Below are positions 27,257-40,350 of a DNA stretch of 64,000 bases, piece by piece. The stretch's first letter is position 1, and every line of letters begins with the position of its first letter. The DNA is from Rhina ancylostomus (lineage: Eukaryota), in NCBI GenBank assembly GCA_030265395.1, contig JARFYF010000104.1, forward strand, positions 78,642,648 to 78,706,647, written 5' to 3'. Below the pieces are notes generated by a model. That model was given only the letters and a program-made list of their open reading frames with translations, searched no databases and was not told the DNA's origin. Made by a program: the position numbers and the translations under genes.

Positions 27257-28706
27257 CAGATTGTTTCATCAGTCACTGCAGCAGTGCACTCAGGTTTCTT
27301 TTTAATACAATAATTTGTAAGATTTATTAAAAAATAATCCCTTGGCTCCCAATGGACAAATGAAAATTTACCCTGCTCATTAGATAGAACTCTTTATCAG
27401 CCTCTCCTGACTTGTGAGATAATTATCAGGTTTCAGCAGTTGCTTTAAGGTATTCACTATGTACTTCACAGCATTTTGTGAAGGGATGAAAATCAAAGCT
27501 AGCATAAAGCCAATTTCTTTACTTGTAATGCATTTCACCCTTTCCAAAAAAATTACAAAGTGCACATCCTTGTGCATTACAGAATATGAGACAAAACGCT
27601 GCCATCACAAGAATTCAAGAGAAAAGAAAACAAATGTTTGGTAATCCGATTCGGGAACAAATTGTATTCTTGATGTGCTGTGGAAATTGCTTTTGCCACT
27701 GATGGAAGAAAGCATGTGTTTTTGGCTCTAAATTTTTTATAGCTGCCTTCACATTAGTGATGTATGGCAGGCTTTTAACTTCTTACCTGCTGGTTAAAAA
27801 CAGATTTCATTAGCATAGAACCCCTGAGTATAATTTGTATGTTAATCTCATTCAATATTATTTATACAAAAGAGAATCAAACATGCCCCCCCCAAAAGCA
27901 GAAAATGATGTAGATACTCAACAGGTTGGACAGCATTTGAAGGAGGGAAACAGCATTAAAATTTAAAAGTGATGATCTTAGCTCAGATTTTCAGCATCTG
28001 CAGTTTTTTTTATTGCCTTAGAAGTATTTGCATATAACTTGTCATATGAGGCATAGTTGCATTTTACAATCGGACAAAACACAGTTTTTACTCACATAAC
28101 CTGACATAGGTTGTTCTAATCAAGGGATGGAACATATATAAATACTTGGGAATGATTGACATAGATTTCAAGTAAAACTTATATTTTCAGAATGAAGCTT
28201 GCATCTTTCTGGGACAAGGGTGATTGTAGTAGTTTAGATTGGAGTCAATAATAATGGTTTCTTTTGAGGTGGAGGGAAGAGTTATTGTTAGAAAATACTC
28301 TTTTCACTTATGTCTGTTTATTCCAGCAGTATAAGACCTCAAACACTTTATAGTCAATGGGTTGCATCTGTGCAGCTGCAGTTATTATTATAATGGCAGA
28401 TGTTGAGGCATATTTGTACAAAGCAAGTTCTTGTATACAACAATCGGAAGAGAATTGCATCTTAGAAGTTTTCCTTTCTACTTTGTATCATCCCATGGGA
28501 TAGTTTTACTTAGCTTGAAGAGGCACATTAGGCCCCAACATAACACCTGATCCACCACCTTCAAATGTTATAATAAACTGGAAAATGGATTCATGTCAAC
28601 AAAGTGCTNNNNNNNNNNNNNNNNNNNNNNNNNNNNNNNNNNNNNNNNNNNNNNNNNNNNNNNNNNNNNNNNNNNNNNNNNNNNNNNNNNNNNNNNNNNN
28701 NNNNNN

Positions 28707-29070
28707 TACAGTGAAAAACTTGTCTTGCATTTGTTCATACAGATCAATTCATTACAAGATTGAGGAAGTACAAGGTAAAACAATAACAGAATGCAGAATA
28801 AAATGTTACAGTTACAGAGAATGTGCAGTGCAGGTAGACAATAAGGTACAGGGTCATAACAAGGTAGATTGTGAAGTAAAGAGTCCATCTTATTGTACGA
28901 GGGGACCATTCAATAGTCTTATAACAATGGGATAAAAGCTGTCCTTGAGCCTGTGGCACATGCTTTCATGCTTTTGTATCTTCTGCCCAAAGGGAGTGGG
29001 GAGAAGAAAGAATATCTCAGGTGGGTGAGGTCTTTGATTATGTTATCACCTTTACTGAGACAATAAGACG
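28707..29070 (-). mobile_element. Rex1/Babar-type LINE 3' end
   Basis: Minus strand ..IIKDLTH..PLPLGRRYKSMKACATGSRTAFIP, plus a 3' UTR like that at 51955-52170. Confidence 0.85.
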
Positions 29071-29259
29071 TGAACTACTTCTGTTGTCCAGTTCTCATCC
29101 AGTTTCATGTCTTTCAAGTTGCTTTCTTTCTTATGTATTAACTTAGAACATGAAGTTATGCTTTGCTCATTTTTTCCTTGATTAACACATTAACAATGAT
29201 TATTATTTATGAAACAAAAATAATTGCTTGCTTTTGAATGGGGATAATGTGGCTTTTAC

Positions 29260-29910
29260 TTTAGGCTGTCCTTTCAGTGCAACACCAAGGAAGTGCATCA
29301 TTGTTTATGGTGGATAGTTCCAACGCACATTAGAAACAGAGGAAATACCTGGCCTCCCAGATAGATGTGAAGGATTCCATGGATTAATCAGAAGAGGAGC
29401 AGGAGAGTTCTCCCAGTATTCTGGGTGATATTTATCCATCAACAATCACACCAGCAACAGATTGGCCCAGATTTTACACTGAACTGCCAACAGCTCTGTG
29501 CATAACTGCCAGCATTTTCCCACATAAGTGCCAGCAATTTTGGGATTTCCACACATGCCTGTGTGAAAGTGGAAGTCCCAAACATGCTGGCAGCTATTCC
29601 TTGGTATTTCTTCACTGCTTCAAAGGCACACTACTTATGGAGCCTTTTATAAATGTGTGGAGGTTCTGACCTGACACTACAAATTGTGGCTTTTATGTTA
29701 CAGAAGACTCTTCTGCCACAGGGTCTCTGCACTGAGAATCAAGCCTCTCAGTGCTGACCACAAATAGTGATCCAATTTAGTTTTTACAGGACCTTGCTGT
29801 ACAGAAAATTACTGCTGTGTTTCCTTACAAGAATAACTACACTCCAAAAATATTTGATTGTTTCTGAAGTATATCTTACATTTGCCTAGAATAATTGCAG
29901 GTCCTTTTCT
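29260..29910 (+). mobile_element. Deu-domain SINE split by a ~330-bp palindromic insertion
   Basis: Deu core gaagaggagcaggagagttctccc..atatttatccatcaac ends near 29460 and resumes near 29790 (accttgctgtacagaaaattactgctgtgtttcctta). Confidence 0.6.
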
Positions 29911-30669
29911 TTCGTATATTTTAGTTTGGAGCATTGTAATTCTGCTTGTTTAGGACAAGAATAATTATTGTTGTGAAGCTCAATTCATTAAATCAGTTTG
30001 TAAATTAGATAATTATTTTTAATTGCTTAATTGTTAATCAGTAACAATGGTTATTAATATGCAACACAGTGGTAATTGAAATAAAGTTATTGGTTATTGT
30101 TACATTATTATATGAACTATTTTGAGTTGAGTTTGACTAAACTATAAATGTGAGTCAGCTAACTGTTTGGATACAGAACAGTCATTCATTTTTGATGTGA
30201 GCTCATGAACATTGTGGTCATTTCATTTCATATATAGTCATGACAAAAAGAGTTTAGAAGTTTCTGTTTAATTTGGTACTTTGATGATGAGGGCTTGACA
30301 TTTGCTTACTTTAGGCAGGAGGTTGTTAATTTGGGCTAAAGTTTGGAAAATAGCAATGATGTTATTGCATTTGGAACCTAATGGAATTACCTTTGACAAT
30401 TTGTGTCTAATCTAGAATATATTTAAAAATAAAAGAGACTCGAGAATGACAAATATCATTTATCTGAACAGCACATTCCATTCAGAAATCAGATACAGCC
30501 TGATCCATTGTATTTTCTTCCAGCTATTCCTCCCACACATGTAAAACATGAAAATATCTGTGGCACCTTATATCCAGTTTTACTCAACTTTTACCAATTG
30601 TCTTTCATGAAAGAACATTTCCATATTCCCAGTATTCCATCCAGCCCCAGAAACTCCAATAACCTATTA

Positions 30670-30840
30670 TAAAAATGGAAAATATTGGAAATACACAGCA
30701 GGTCAGACAGCATCTATAGGGAGAGAAACAGAGTTAATGTTTCACGTTCTCTCTTTTCAGATGCTGTCTAACCTGTGGTGTAATTCCAGCTTTTTAATTT
30801 GTTTTTATTTCTGATTTTCAGCATATCCAGCTTTTTGTTT
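30670..30840. mobile_element. Penelope-derived fold-back short repeat
   Basis: Arms cacagcaggtcagacagcatct..gagagaa and ttctctc..agatgctgtctaacctgtggtg are inverted copies. Confidence 0.7.
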
Positions 30841-31274
30841 TCATTTAATAATCTGTTCCTGGATTTACTGATATAACCTTAAACCATGTTCTTTTTCATA
30901 AAAGTGCACAGCTCTTAAATTTAATCCTTTCTTCCTTTTCAAAAAATGCCAGCGTGTAGCCTAGTACTTTGTGACAGTCTATATAATCAACTCACACAGA
31001 GTTTTTTTTGAATATAGGTGCTGGGGCAATCAAGTATGTGCTTATTTCTGACACAGATACTAACCTGTGTTTAACTTGAGATATTAGTGATGGTTATTGT
31101 TCAATTTTGGACACGTTGAAGAGCTGGTAATGGTTTAAGAACATGAACATAAAATTAATACTCAAACCAAACATGATTAGATTTTTCCCACAGAGCAGTA
31201 AGCATGTAGATTAAACTCCCTGCAGGAATTAATTGTACAGTAATTCATCTAGAAAACTGTTGAACTATTTATTT

Positions 31275-33965
31275 AGAAGTAATGGGGATAGGAATAATGT
31301 AATTATATTCCCCAATATTGACTGCCTCAGTGCAAGGGGCTTAGATGGAGCAGAATTTCCTCAGTGCATTCAAGAGGGTATCTTGAAACAGTGCATGGGT
31401 AGTCCAACTAGAGGAGGGACCAAATGGGACCTTGTTTTGAGAAATGAGCCTGGCCAAATGATTGGCCTTTCCATGGGAGAGCCTTTTGGGAACAGTGATC
31501 ACAACTCTTTAAGTTTTAAAATAGTTATGATTAAGGATCTTGCAGGAAAGTATTAAATTGGGGGAGGGCAAATTAGAACATGATTAGACAGATGCTGTGG
31601 GAGGGAGTTAATTGGAAGCAACTGTTATTGGGCAAGTCCACATCTGACATGTGGGAGTTGTTTAAAGACCAGCGAATCAGAGCTCAGGATCAGCATGTTA
31701 CGGTAAGGAGGAAGGACAGAACAGCAAAGTAAGGGATCCTTGGTTGATGAGAGACGTTATAAATTTAGTCAGAAAGAAAAAATGAAGTATATTTAAGGTT
31801 TAGGATGCTAAAATCAGACAGGGCCTTTGAGGAATATAAAGCTAGTAGGAAAGATCTGAAACAGGAGATTAGGAAAGCCAAAGGGGACCATGAAATATCC
31901 TTGTCAAGTAGGATTAAAGAGAACCCAAAACATTTTGTATCGATGTATTAAAAACAGGAAGATAAGTAGGGAAAGAGGAGGACCACTCAAGGAGAAAGGA
32001 GGGAATTTATGCCCGAGTCAGATGATGTGGGTGAGGTACTAACTGAATACTTTACGTCAGAGCTTACCAAGGAGAAGGACGTGGAGGTTAGTGAGATTAG
32101 TGTGGAGCATGCTAATGTTTTAGGGCATTTTGATATCAAGATGGAGGTGGTGCTGGGTCTTTTGAAGAGTATCAATGTGGATGCTTGGGTGGGATGTAAC
32201 TGAGGCTGTTGAAAGAGGCAAGAGAATAGATTGCTGGGGCGTTGACGAAGATATTAATATCCTCACTAGGATTAGGTGAGGTCCCAGAGGACTGGAGAGT
32301 AGCCAGTTTTGTTCCTTTATTCAAGAAAAGCAAATAGGGATATCCAAGGAAATTATAGGCTGTTGAGCCTCACATCAGTGTTAGGGAAGCTATTGGAGAG
32401 GATTCTTGTGGATAGGATTTTTGCACATTTGGAAAAACATGGTCTGATTAGGGAGAGTCAGCATGGCATTACACAGGGCAGGTCATGTCTTTCCAATTTG
32501 ACTGAGTTTTTTGAGGAGGTGACAAAGGTGATTAATGAAGGTAGAGCAGTGGATGTTGTCTACTTGGATCTTAGTGAGGCATTTGACAAGGTCCCTCGTG
32601 GTAGGTTGATCCAGAAGATTAAAATGCCTGGGATCCATGGTGACTTGGTAGTTTGGAATCAGAATTAGTTTGCCCATAGAGGACAGAGGGTAGTGGTGAA
32701 AGGGGTTATTCTGACTGGAGGTCTGTGACCAGTGGTACTGGGGCCTCTGTTGTTTGTAAAATATATGAATAACTTGGCTGAAAATGTAGGTGTCTTGGTT
32801 AGTAAATTTGTAGATGACGCAAAGATTGGTGGAGTTGTGGACAGTGTGGAAAGCTGTCAATTGACACAGCAGAATATGATTCAATTACACATGTGGGTGG
32901 AAAAATGGAAGATGGAGCTTAAAACTTCAGAACTTTATTTACAGCAGAGTAACAGGTCCTTCTAGCCCAATGACTCCATGCCACCCATTTAAACCCAAGT
33001 TAACCTACCCATATGTCTTTGGAAAGTGGGAGGAAACCGGAGCACCTGAAGGAAAACCACACAGACATGGGGAGACCGTACAAACTCCTTACAGACAGTG
33101 ACGGGAATTGAACCCAGGTCGCTGGCACAGTAATAGTGTCACACTAACCGCTACGCTACCATGCCACCTGCCTCTAATCTGAGCAAGTGTGAGGTGTTGC
33201 ACTTAGGGTGGTCAAATATGAGGGGAAAGTATGCAATTAATGGCATGATCCTTAACAGCACATGTACAGAAGGATCTTGGGGTCCAAGTCCATATCTCCC
33301 TGAAAGTGGCCATGCACATAGATAGAATTGTAAAGAAGCAGTACAGCATGCTTGTCTACATTGGTTGATGGACTAAGAGTAAAGAAGTTATGTTACCACT
33401 GTATAAAACTTTGGTTAGGGGGCACTTGGAGTATTGTGTGTAATTCTGGTCACCCCATTTCACGAAGGACATAGAGGCTTTGGAAAGAGTGCAAAAGAGT
33501 TTTACCAGGATGCTACCTGGATTAGAGGGTTTGAGCTGTAAGGAAAGGTTGGACAAACTTGGGTTGTTTTCTCTGGAGTGTTGGAGGCTGTGAGGAGACT
33601 GGATAGAAATTTATAAAATTATGAGAGACATATATAGGGTGGACAGTCAGAATCTTTTTCCTGGGGCAGAAATATCAAATACTAGAGGACATGCATTTAA
33701 TGTGAGGGGGGAAGGTTTAAAGGAGATATACAGAGCAGGTTTTTTATACGGGGAGTGGTAGGTGCTTGGAATGGTCTACCGGGGGTAGTGATGGAAGCAG
33801 ATACAATAGTGGCATTTAAGAGGCTGTTAGATAGACACATGAAGATGCAGAGAATGGGGGGATATGGATCATATACAAACAGAAGTGACTTAGTTTAATT
33901 CAGCACCATGTTCAGCACAGATACCATGGGCGAAGGGACTATTCCTGTGCTGTACTGTTCGATGT
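31275..33965 (+). mobile_element. CR1 (HER1-like) LINE, ~2.4 kb of ORF2 (end of endonuclease, RT) and 3' UTR, with nested SINE
   Basis: PTRGGTKWDLVLRNEPGQ..GNSDHN (APE end); GNYRLLSLTSVLGKLLERI..SQHGITQGRSCLSNL..DVVYLDLSEAFDKVPRGRL; VLGPLLFVKYMNNL..SKFVDDAKIGG; tail ttcctgtgctgtactgttc. Multiple stops. Confidence 0.96.
32935..33170 (-). mobile_element. V-SINE with CR1-type tail inserted in the CR1 RT
   Basis: Interrupts the MEFNP motif (gatggagct..taatctgagcaagtgt). Head ggcatggtagcgtagcggttag, B box gggttcaattccc. Confidence 0.9.
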
Positions 33966-34029
33966 AATAAATGGTCAAATATTCCATAGTCACTGCTGTT
34001 GTTAAGACTCAAGTGGTGATTGGTTCGCT

Positions 34030-34491
34030 ATTGACAGAGGTATAGATACTCAGGACATAGAGCATTGAGGTTTTGTTTGCAGTAATAATCAGGTAGGCAC
34101 AGAAATGGGAACTGGATTTCCATCTAGAGAAGTATGAGGTAATGTATTTGTAAAGGAAAAAAGGGAATACACAATAAGTGGTATGTTTCCATGATGTGTA
34201 GAGAAATAGAGGGTCTGCAGATCCCTGACGTTATCGGGACAGATAAACAAAGTGTTTATAAAGCCTTACAGTGTACTTGACATTTTTGGCTAGGAAAAGA
34301 ATGTGAGGTAAAAATGGCCATGTTAGAACTGCATGAAGAACAGGTTAAGGCACAGGTGGAGTACTGCATCTAGTTGTGGTAACCACTTTGTAGCAAGGCT
34401 AGGAGAGCAGTAAATCCAATGTAGAAGAGAACTTCAAGGAGTTTGCCAGGCTAGAGATATCAGTTATAAAGAAAGGCTATGCTGCAGTTGC
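34030..34491 (+). mobile_element. Older CR1 fragment (RT C-terminus)
   Basis: Degenerate W...F..EKYEVMY; ggttaaggcacaggtggagtactgcatctagttgtgg resembles LVRPxLEYCVQFW. Confidence 0.7.
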
Positions 34492-34912
34492 NNNNNNNNN
34501 NNNNNNNNNNNNNNNNNNNNNNNNNNNNNNNNNNNNNNNNNNNNNNNNNNNNNNNNNNNNNNNNNNNNNNNNNNNNNNNNNNNNNNNNNNNNNNNNNNNN
34601 NNNNNNNNNNNNNNNNNNNNNNNNNNNNNNNNNNNNNNNNNNNNNNNNNNNNNNNNNNNNNNNNNNNNNNNNNNNNNNNNNNNNNNNNNNNNNNNNNNNN
34701 NNNNNNNNNNNNNNNNNNNNNNNNNNNNNNNNNNNNNNNNNNNNNNNNNNNNNNNNNNNNNNNNNNNNNNNNNNNNNNNNNNNNNNNNNNNNNNNNNNNN
34801 NNNNNNNNNNNNNNNNNNNNNNNNNNNNNNNNNNNNNNNNNNNNNNNNNNNNNNNNNNNNNNNNNNNNNNNNNNNNNNNNNNNNNNNNNNNNNNNNNNNN
34901 NNNNNNNNNNNN

Positions 34913-35570
34913 AAGAGGAACCCATTTGACCCCTTGAGGCTGCTCTGCTATTGAACAAGATCATAGGGGATCTTCTACCTCAACATCCTTTTCCTGCCCA
35001 TTTGCCATAGGCCGAAGGGATTCGTTTAGTTCAGTGCTTAATTAATCTGGCACAACATCATGGGCTGAAGGGCCTGTTCCTCTGCTGTACTGTTCTATGT
35101 TCTACCTTGATTCCTTTGGTCTCTAAAAATCTACCAATCTCTGTAGTGAACACAATTAATGGCCAAGTCACCAGGGCTTGGCAGGATAGAGAATTCCAAA
35201 GATTCCCCACACCCTGAGTGAAGAAGTCTCTCCTCATTTTATTTTGAAGGGGCCTGATTTTGATGACCTATTCCTTACTTTGAGGCTGTGCCCCTTAATC
35301 CAGAGAAAACATCCTCCCTGCATCTACCCTGGGAAAACAATTTTTCACCCAATGAGTTGCTGGGCATCTGAAACTCACCTGCAGAAAGGAACCGGAGGCA
35401 GAAGACCTCATCATACTTGAGATGTAGTTGCACGAGCACTTGAATTGCCATAACCTACAGGCTACATTATGATCAACCAGGAAGTGAGACTAGCCTAAAT
35501 TAGCTAATTTTTGACAGGAAAGGGCACAATGGGCTGAAAGGCCACTATCTGTGCTGTAAATTTCTGATCG
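34913..35570. mobile_element. Cluster of CR1 3' ends in both orientations
   Basis: Minus-strand CR1 tail (agagaattccaaagattccccaccctgagtgaagaag) split by a plus-strand tail (gggctgaagggcctgttcctctgctgtactgttctatgttcta), and a second plus tail ending near 35560. Confidence 0.7.
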
Positions 35571-38500
35571 CCCATGATTTTATTGAATGGTAGAGCCAGC
35601 ACAAGGTGCTGAATAGCTACTCCTGGTACTACTTATTCTATTCAGTCTACCACTTCCATTCTGGAAATAAGTGATCCTCAGTTGCATAGCAATGAGAAAT
35701 GCAATGCTACATGACCGAATTCCTAGGCCATTCAATTTTGATAGCATTTAATAACTTGCAGAGGCCGTTAATGTTTAATATGCCATTCACATGAGAGAAA
35801 ATGATCAGCAAAATGCAATTAAAATCTGTGACTGGGCTTAGCAATTATGCTGTTGATTATTGGTATGAAAATGACTTCACTGAGATCACTTAGGTATCCA
35901 GTTTTACACACAAAAAAAATCAAGTAAAGGTTATGCTGTCACTTCTGAAGCTCAGACAGCACAAGCTATGGCAACACACATTTTGACTTGGGTTTTTATT
36001 TTTGAGCGGCATTCAGTGCAAATCAATTGGACTTAATGTTCATCCAGAATTACTAATGTAATAATCAGCCTGTGAACCTGCATCAGCACACCCTTCATCT
36101 CCCTGCCATTGTGAATCTTTTATGGCATTTCAATGATTTTCTCCACTCTATGCCAAACAATTAAAATTCTAATCACTGCCACAGCCGTTGAGAGAGAGAA
36201 AGGAATCCTTTTCTTCTCTGCGCTGTGGAAGGTGGTCTCAAGGTGTTCTCTGCTGCCAAGGGAACAAAAGAGAACTCGTCTAAGAATGTACCATGATATG
36301 TAATTCACATTTCGATTTGTGTGGTAGGGGGAGTGGGGGAGCTGCAGAGAGATGAAGTCATGTTAGAAATTTGCAGTTGCTGATTGATGACCCAAAGCAA
36401 TAAGATGTGATTTTGGCTCTAATGTTCTGTTTTTTTCCCTCACAGTTTCAGAATTTTCCCTCATCTAATTTTGTCTCACAGCAGCCAGTAGAATGTTTGA
36501 CACTAGGAAAATGTCTGCCAACGAACTTTAGCAGGAGGCAGTTTTTAATTAACAGGGGCCAGGAAAGGTGATAGCCCGAAGGGGCTTGAAGAAATGAACA
36601 TGAGGAGGTTGTTCAAGGCTTTTGCAGCCTCTGAAAAGCCAGCCAGATTACTGTTGTCTGTTCCTATTGAACTTTCTCTGTGTTTTTATTGATCCACTTG
36701 TCAGGACCTGACAAAAGGACTGTGGCCTGGCTGTTGTTTGTTCACAGTTTGGATTCAGACTGTCCCCATACCAATCATTGTTAAGCCTCTGATTTGGTTA
36801 AAGGTTTTTTTTTAATCTGGGTAGATTTATTCATGCATGCATACACTCATAAATGAAAGGTGGCCCATTTTTTCAAAAACATTTTGATGCGATGCATCTT
36901 AAAGATTTCTCTCTTCATAAAAGACTTGCAGTCAACTTAAAAATGCAAAAAAGTAAAATTGAATGTCTTACATTGGGAAGATGTCAAGCAAAATAAAAAT
37001 GAATTATTTTATCAATTATCTTTTCAATCTTACTCAGAAGCCAGCTGGTGAATTTATGTTTTTTTCCCCATTTGCCTGATGCTGTACAATCAGTAGTTGA
37101 AAGAGAAAGGCTGATGAAAAATTTATTTTTCTGAATAAAATATGCTGCACAGATTAACACCTCTCCAAGCAGCACACATTTTTTAACCATTTTTTGCATT
37201 CAGGATCCAATTAAATAATCATGACAGAGCATTTACAGAAAATAACTGTTTAAACAATGATGCTTTTTGTTTAAGTGCTGATTTCTGCAGAATTTTATGC
37301 TGATAGAATTAATTTTGTGCATCAAATAAAACCTAATGTTCTATTTTACTAAGTGCACATCTCCTCACCCTTTGACCACACTGAATTTGAAGTTTCCCTG
37401 TATCTTGTGAAACTTTCTCAAGCCACATCCCTCTATTACAAGAAAGAGTGGATTAATATTGATTTCTGCCTTTGAAGATTGAAGGTTCTTCTTAATGCCC
37501 ATAAATTACACAGTAGCGATGAAAAAGATAAGAAAATACTTGTTTCTTCTTGTTCTTAAAAAGAAATGCTTATCTTTGGATGATCCGTGCTGTGTTTTAC
37601 AATCTACCTTACTTAATTTGCAGGTGAAAATGGTAACTAAAAATTCTCCTAGACAAGCTGATTTCTAATATTGTTAGAGTCATGACAGGAATAGCAAATG
37701 CACAAATTTTACACAGTAGTAAAGCACAGCCATTTTCTTTCTCTAACAAAATTTATTGCTTGCAAATGTGCAGACCATTACAGCAATAATTGTGATACAT
37801 TTTTGATTACTTTGGAGAAAATATCTTTCTGTCCTCCCATATTATGTCATGCATTTTAAATCTTCATTAACCTCTAATGGTATGTCTGTGTACTCTTCTG
37901 TCTAAGTGAGGATAAACTGGAGAGTTGAAGGCCAGGATCAGAGTTCAACACTGTCAGTAGTCTAGCTGATCCTCAGTGTGTCAAGGTAAAATACACATAG
38001 GCCATTACTGTTATCAATCATATTGAAGCAGCAGTGACTTCATTTCACATTCATTACTTTTTATCAAATGCTGCGCTGCTGATAAGGTTTCTTTTCCTTG
38101 ACTGTTGCTGAGTAAACAGTAACATCACAACATCTCAATACACTCCATAATCAAAAACTCACTTCAATTTAACTTGTTTGGCCAAATGACCTGCAACTTG
38201 TGCTGTCAAATTCAATGTAATTTGATGTAACTTTATACTTCTATTCCCATTTCTATTTCTCAGTTAAAAATACCCAATGACATGTGCAGAAATGTTTTTT
38301 AACAAATGACCAATATGAACAAAGAAAACTCAGTGCAAATCCTTTAATGCTTCCCCTGCACAAACTACAAACTGTCAGCAATTTACATTAATATGGATAT
38401 TGCCTATTTTACAATCCTACATATTACAAAGCATTTCTCTAATAAGGAAGCTAAGCATTTCCTTATCTAATCATTTTGAAAGAATGACTAAAACTCTTTG

Positions 38501-38574
38501 TATATTTTGCATGATGGTCAGAAATGACCTAAATTTTGATTGTGGCATTGCACACTACTGAAATATGCAAGGGA

Positions 38575-39330
38575 GGAAGATTGTGGTCCATTGATTAAGT
38601 TACTTTATTTGTGATCCAAAGGCCTAGGTTAACTACCAAGAAATCTGAGTTCAAATCCCTTTGTGGAATATAAATGCAGCATGATAATCCAAAATAACAG
38701 CTTGTCTCAGCAATGATGACCCCCCCCCCAAAAAAAAATGTCATCTTTGTCATTAAATGAAACCAGTCTGGTTCAGTAGTGCCCTTCAGGAGAGGAGATC
38801 TTCTACCTTTATCTGGTCTGGCCTATGTGTGACTCCAGATCCATTCCATGTGTTGTGGCCTCTAATATGGCCACACAAACCATTCAGTTGAACCATTATT
38901 GTTTTGTTCAAACAGAGGAAGAATAAAACTGGACAAACCACCTGGCATCGACCTGGCACCAAAACTGGACATGCAAATTCACACCCAACCCCCTCAGCCC
39001 TGTAAAGTCCTCCTCAGAATGGAGTCTAAATTAGGTGAGCATTCCTACAGACTAATGAAGCCACAACCTGACACAGCTGTTCTCACAGACCATACCTTAC
39101 ATAGACTCTTATGCCAGACTCCTCTAGCACTATCCCAGGGTATGTCTTATCCCAGCAGCAGGACAGAAGCACAAGAGGCGGCTAAACATTGTAAAGAAGC
39201 TGGATGGACTAGTCCTTGTCCTCAACATCTATGAGACTCATGAAATCTCATAACATCACATCAAACATAGGCAAGTAAACCTCCTGATTTTCACCTACCT
39301 TCCTCCCTCAGCTAATGGATCAGTGCTCCT
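38575..39330 (+). mobile_element. 5' end of family-B LINE: tRNA-SINE-like head followed by APE endonuclease N-terminus
   Basis: B-box-like gagttcaaatccc (~38647) and ctggtctggcctatgtgtgactccaga, then SKLGEHSYRLMKPQPDTAVLTD..IPGYVLSQQQDRSTRGG..TYLPPS (decayed APE motifs). Confidence 0.7.
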
Positions 39331-39894
39331 AATTTTATTATCTCTATAATCTTTCTCTCTTATGTTTTTTTTCTTTCCTCTCTTCACTTTGCTTTCTGTA
39401 CATGGTTTGACATTGAATTAACTATTCTAATTTACACATCCTGATTCAAGGTCTACATCCTCAGTAAGGATTCATCATTCTGATTGGTGAATCAGGCATG
39501 TGGTGATTTTCCTGTACATTTCCTGTTACTCTTTTCACTTGCACAGATGAGCCTTTTTCCATATCATTCTCTTGGTTAGAGAACTACTGTGAGAGATTAT
39601 GTTACGTTGATCCAAAACACACTTGTCAACCGAGTCATTAATAAAATTACTTGCACTGGAAGAGCCTGGCCTTACTTATTTCAGCATTTAGCTGGTGTCC
39701 ATACTCAGATAAAACGACTTCACATTTAGAATGCAGAATCTAGTAGAAGCTGGGGTGTTGATGAGAATGTGGGGAGAATTTAAAAGAATGGGATTAATGT
39801 AGGATTAGTGTAAATAGTGGTTAATGTTAGGCACAAGTTCAGTGGACCAAAGAGCCTTTTTCTGTGCTGTATCTCGTTATGTTCTTTGACTCAT

Positions 39895-40350
39895 GAATAG
39901 AGCAGTTCTGATTGCCACGTTACAAGAAAGATGTGGAGGCTCTGCAGAAATTGGACAAACTTGGATTGTTTTCTCTGGAGCATTAGAGGCCGAGGGACAA
40001 CCTGACAGAACTTTATAAAATTTTGTGAGGCAAAGATAGGGTAGGTGGTCAGTCTTTTTCCCTGGGTGGAAACATCAAATACGAAAGGACATGGCTTTAA
40101 GGGGAATAGTTTAAAGGAGATGTATGAGGAAAATTGTTTACACAGAGAGTGGTAGGTGCCTGGAATGCGCTGCCAAGGGAGGTGGTGGAAGGGGAACAAT
40201 AGCAATGTTTAAGAGGCATTTAAACAGGCAGATGAACAGGGGGAATGGAGGGATATAGACCATGTACAGGCAGATGGGATTAGTTTAAATTGGCATCATA
40301 GTTGGCATAGTGAGCCAAAGGACCTATTCCTATGGTTCTATGTTCCTTGA
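39895..40350 (+). mobile_element. CR1 LINE 3' end
   Basis: ttggacaaacttggattgttttctctggag..acacagagagtggtaggtgcctggaatgcgctgcc, similar to 33545-33960. Confidence 0.9.
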
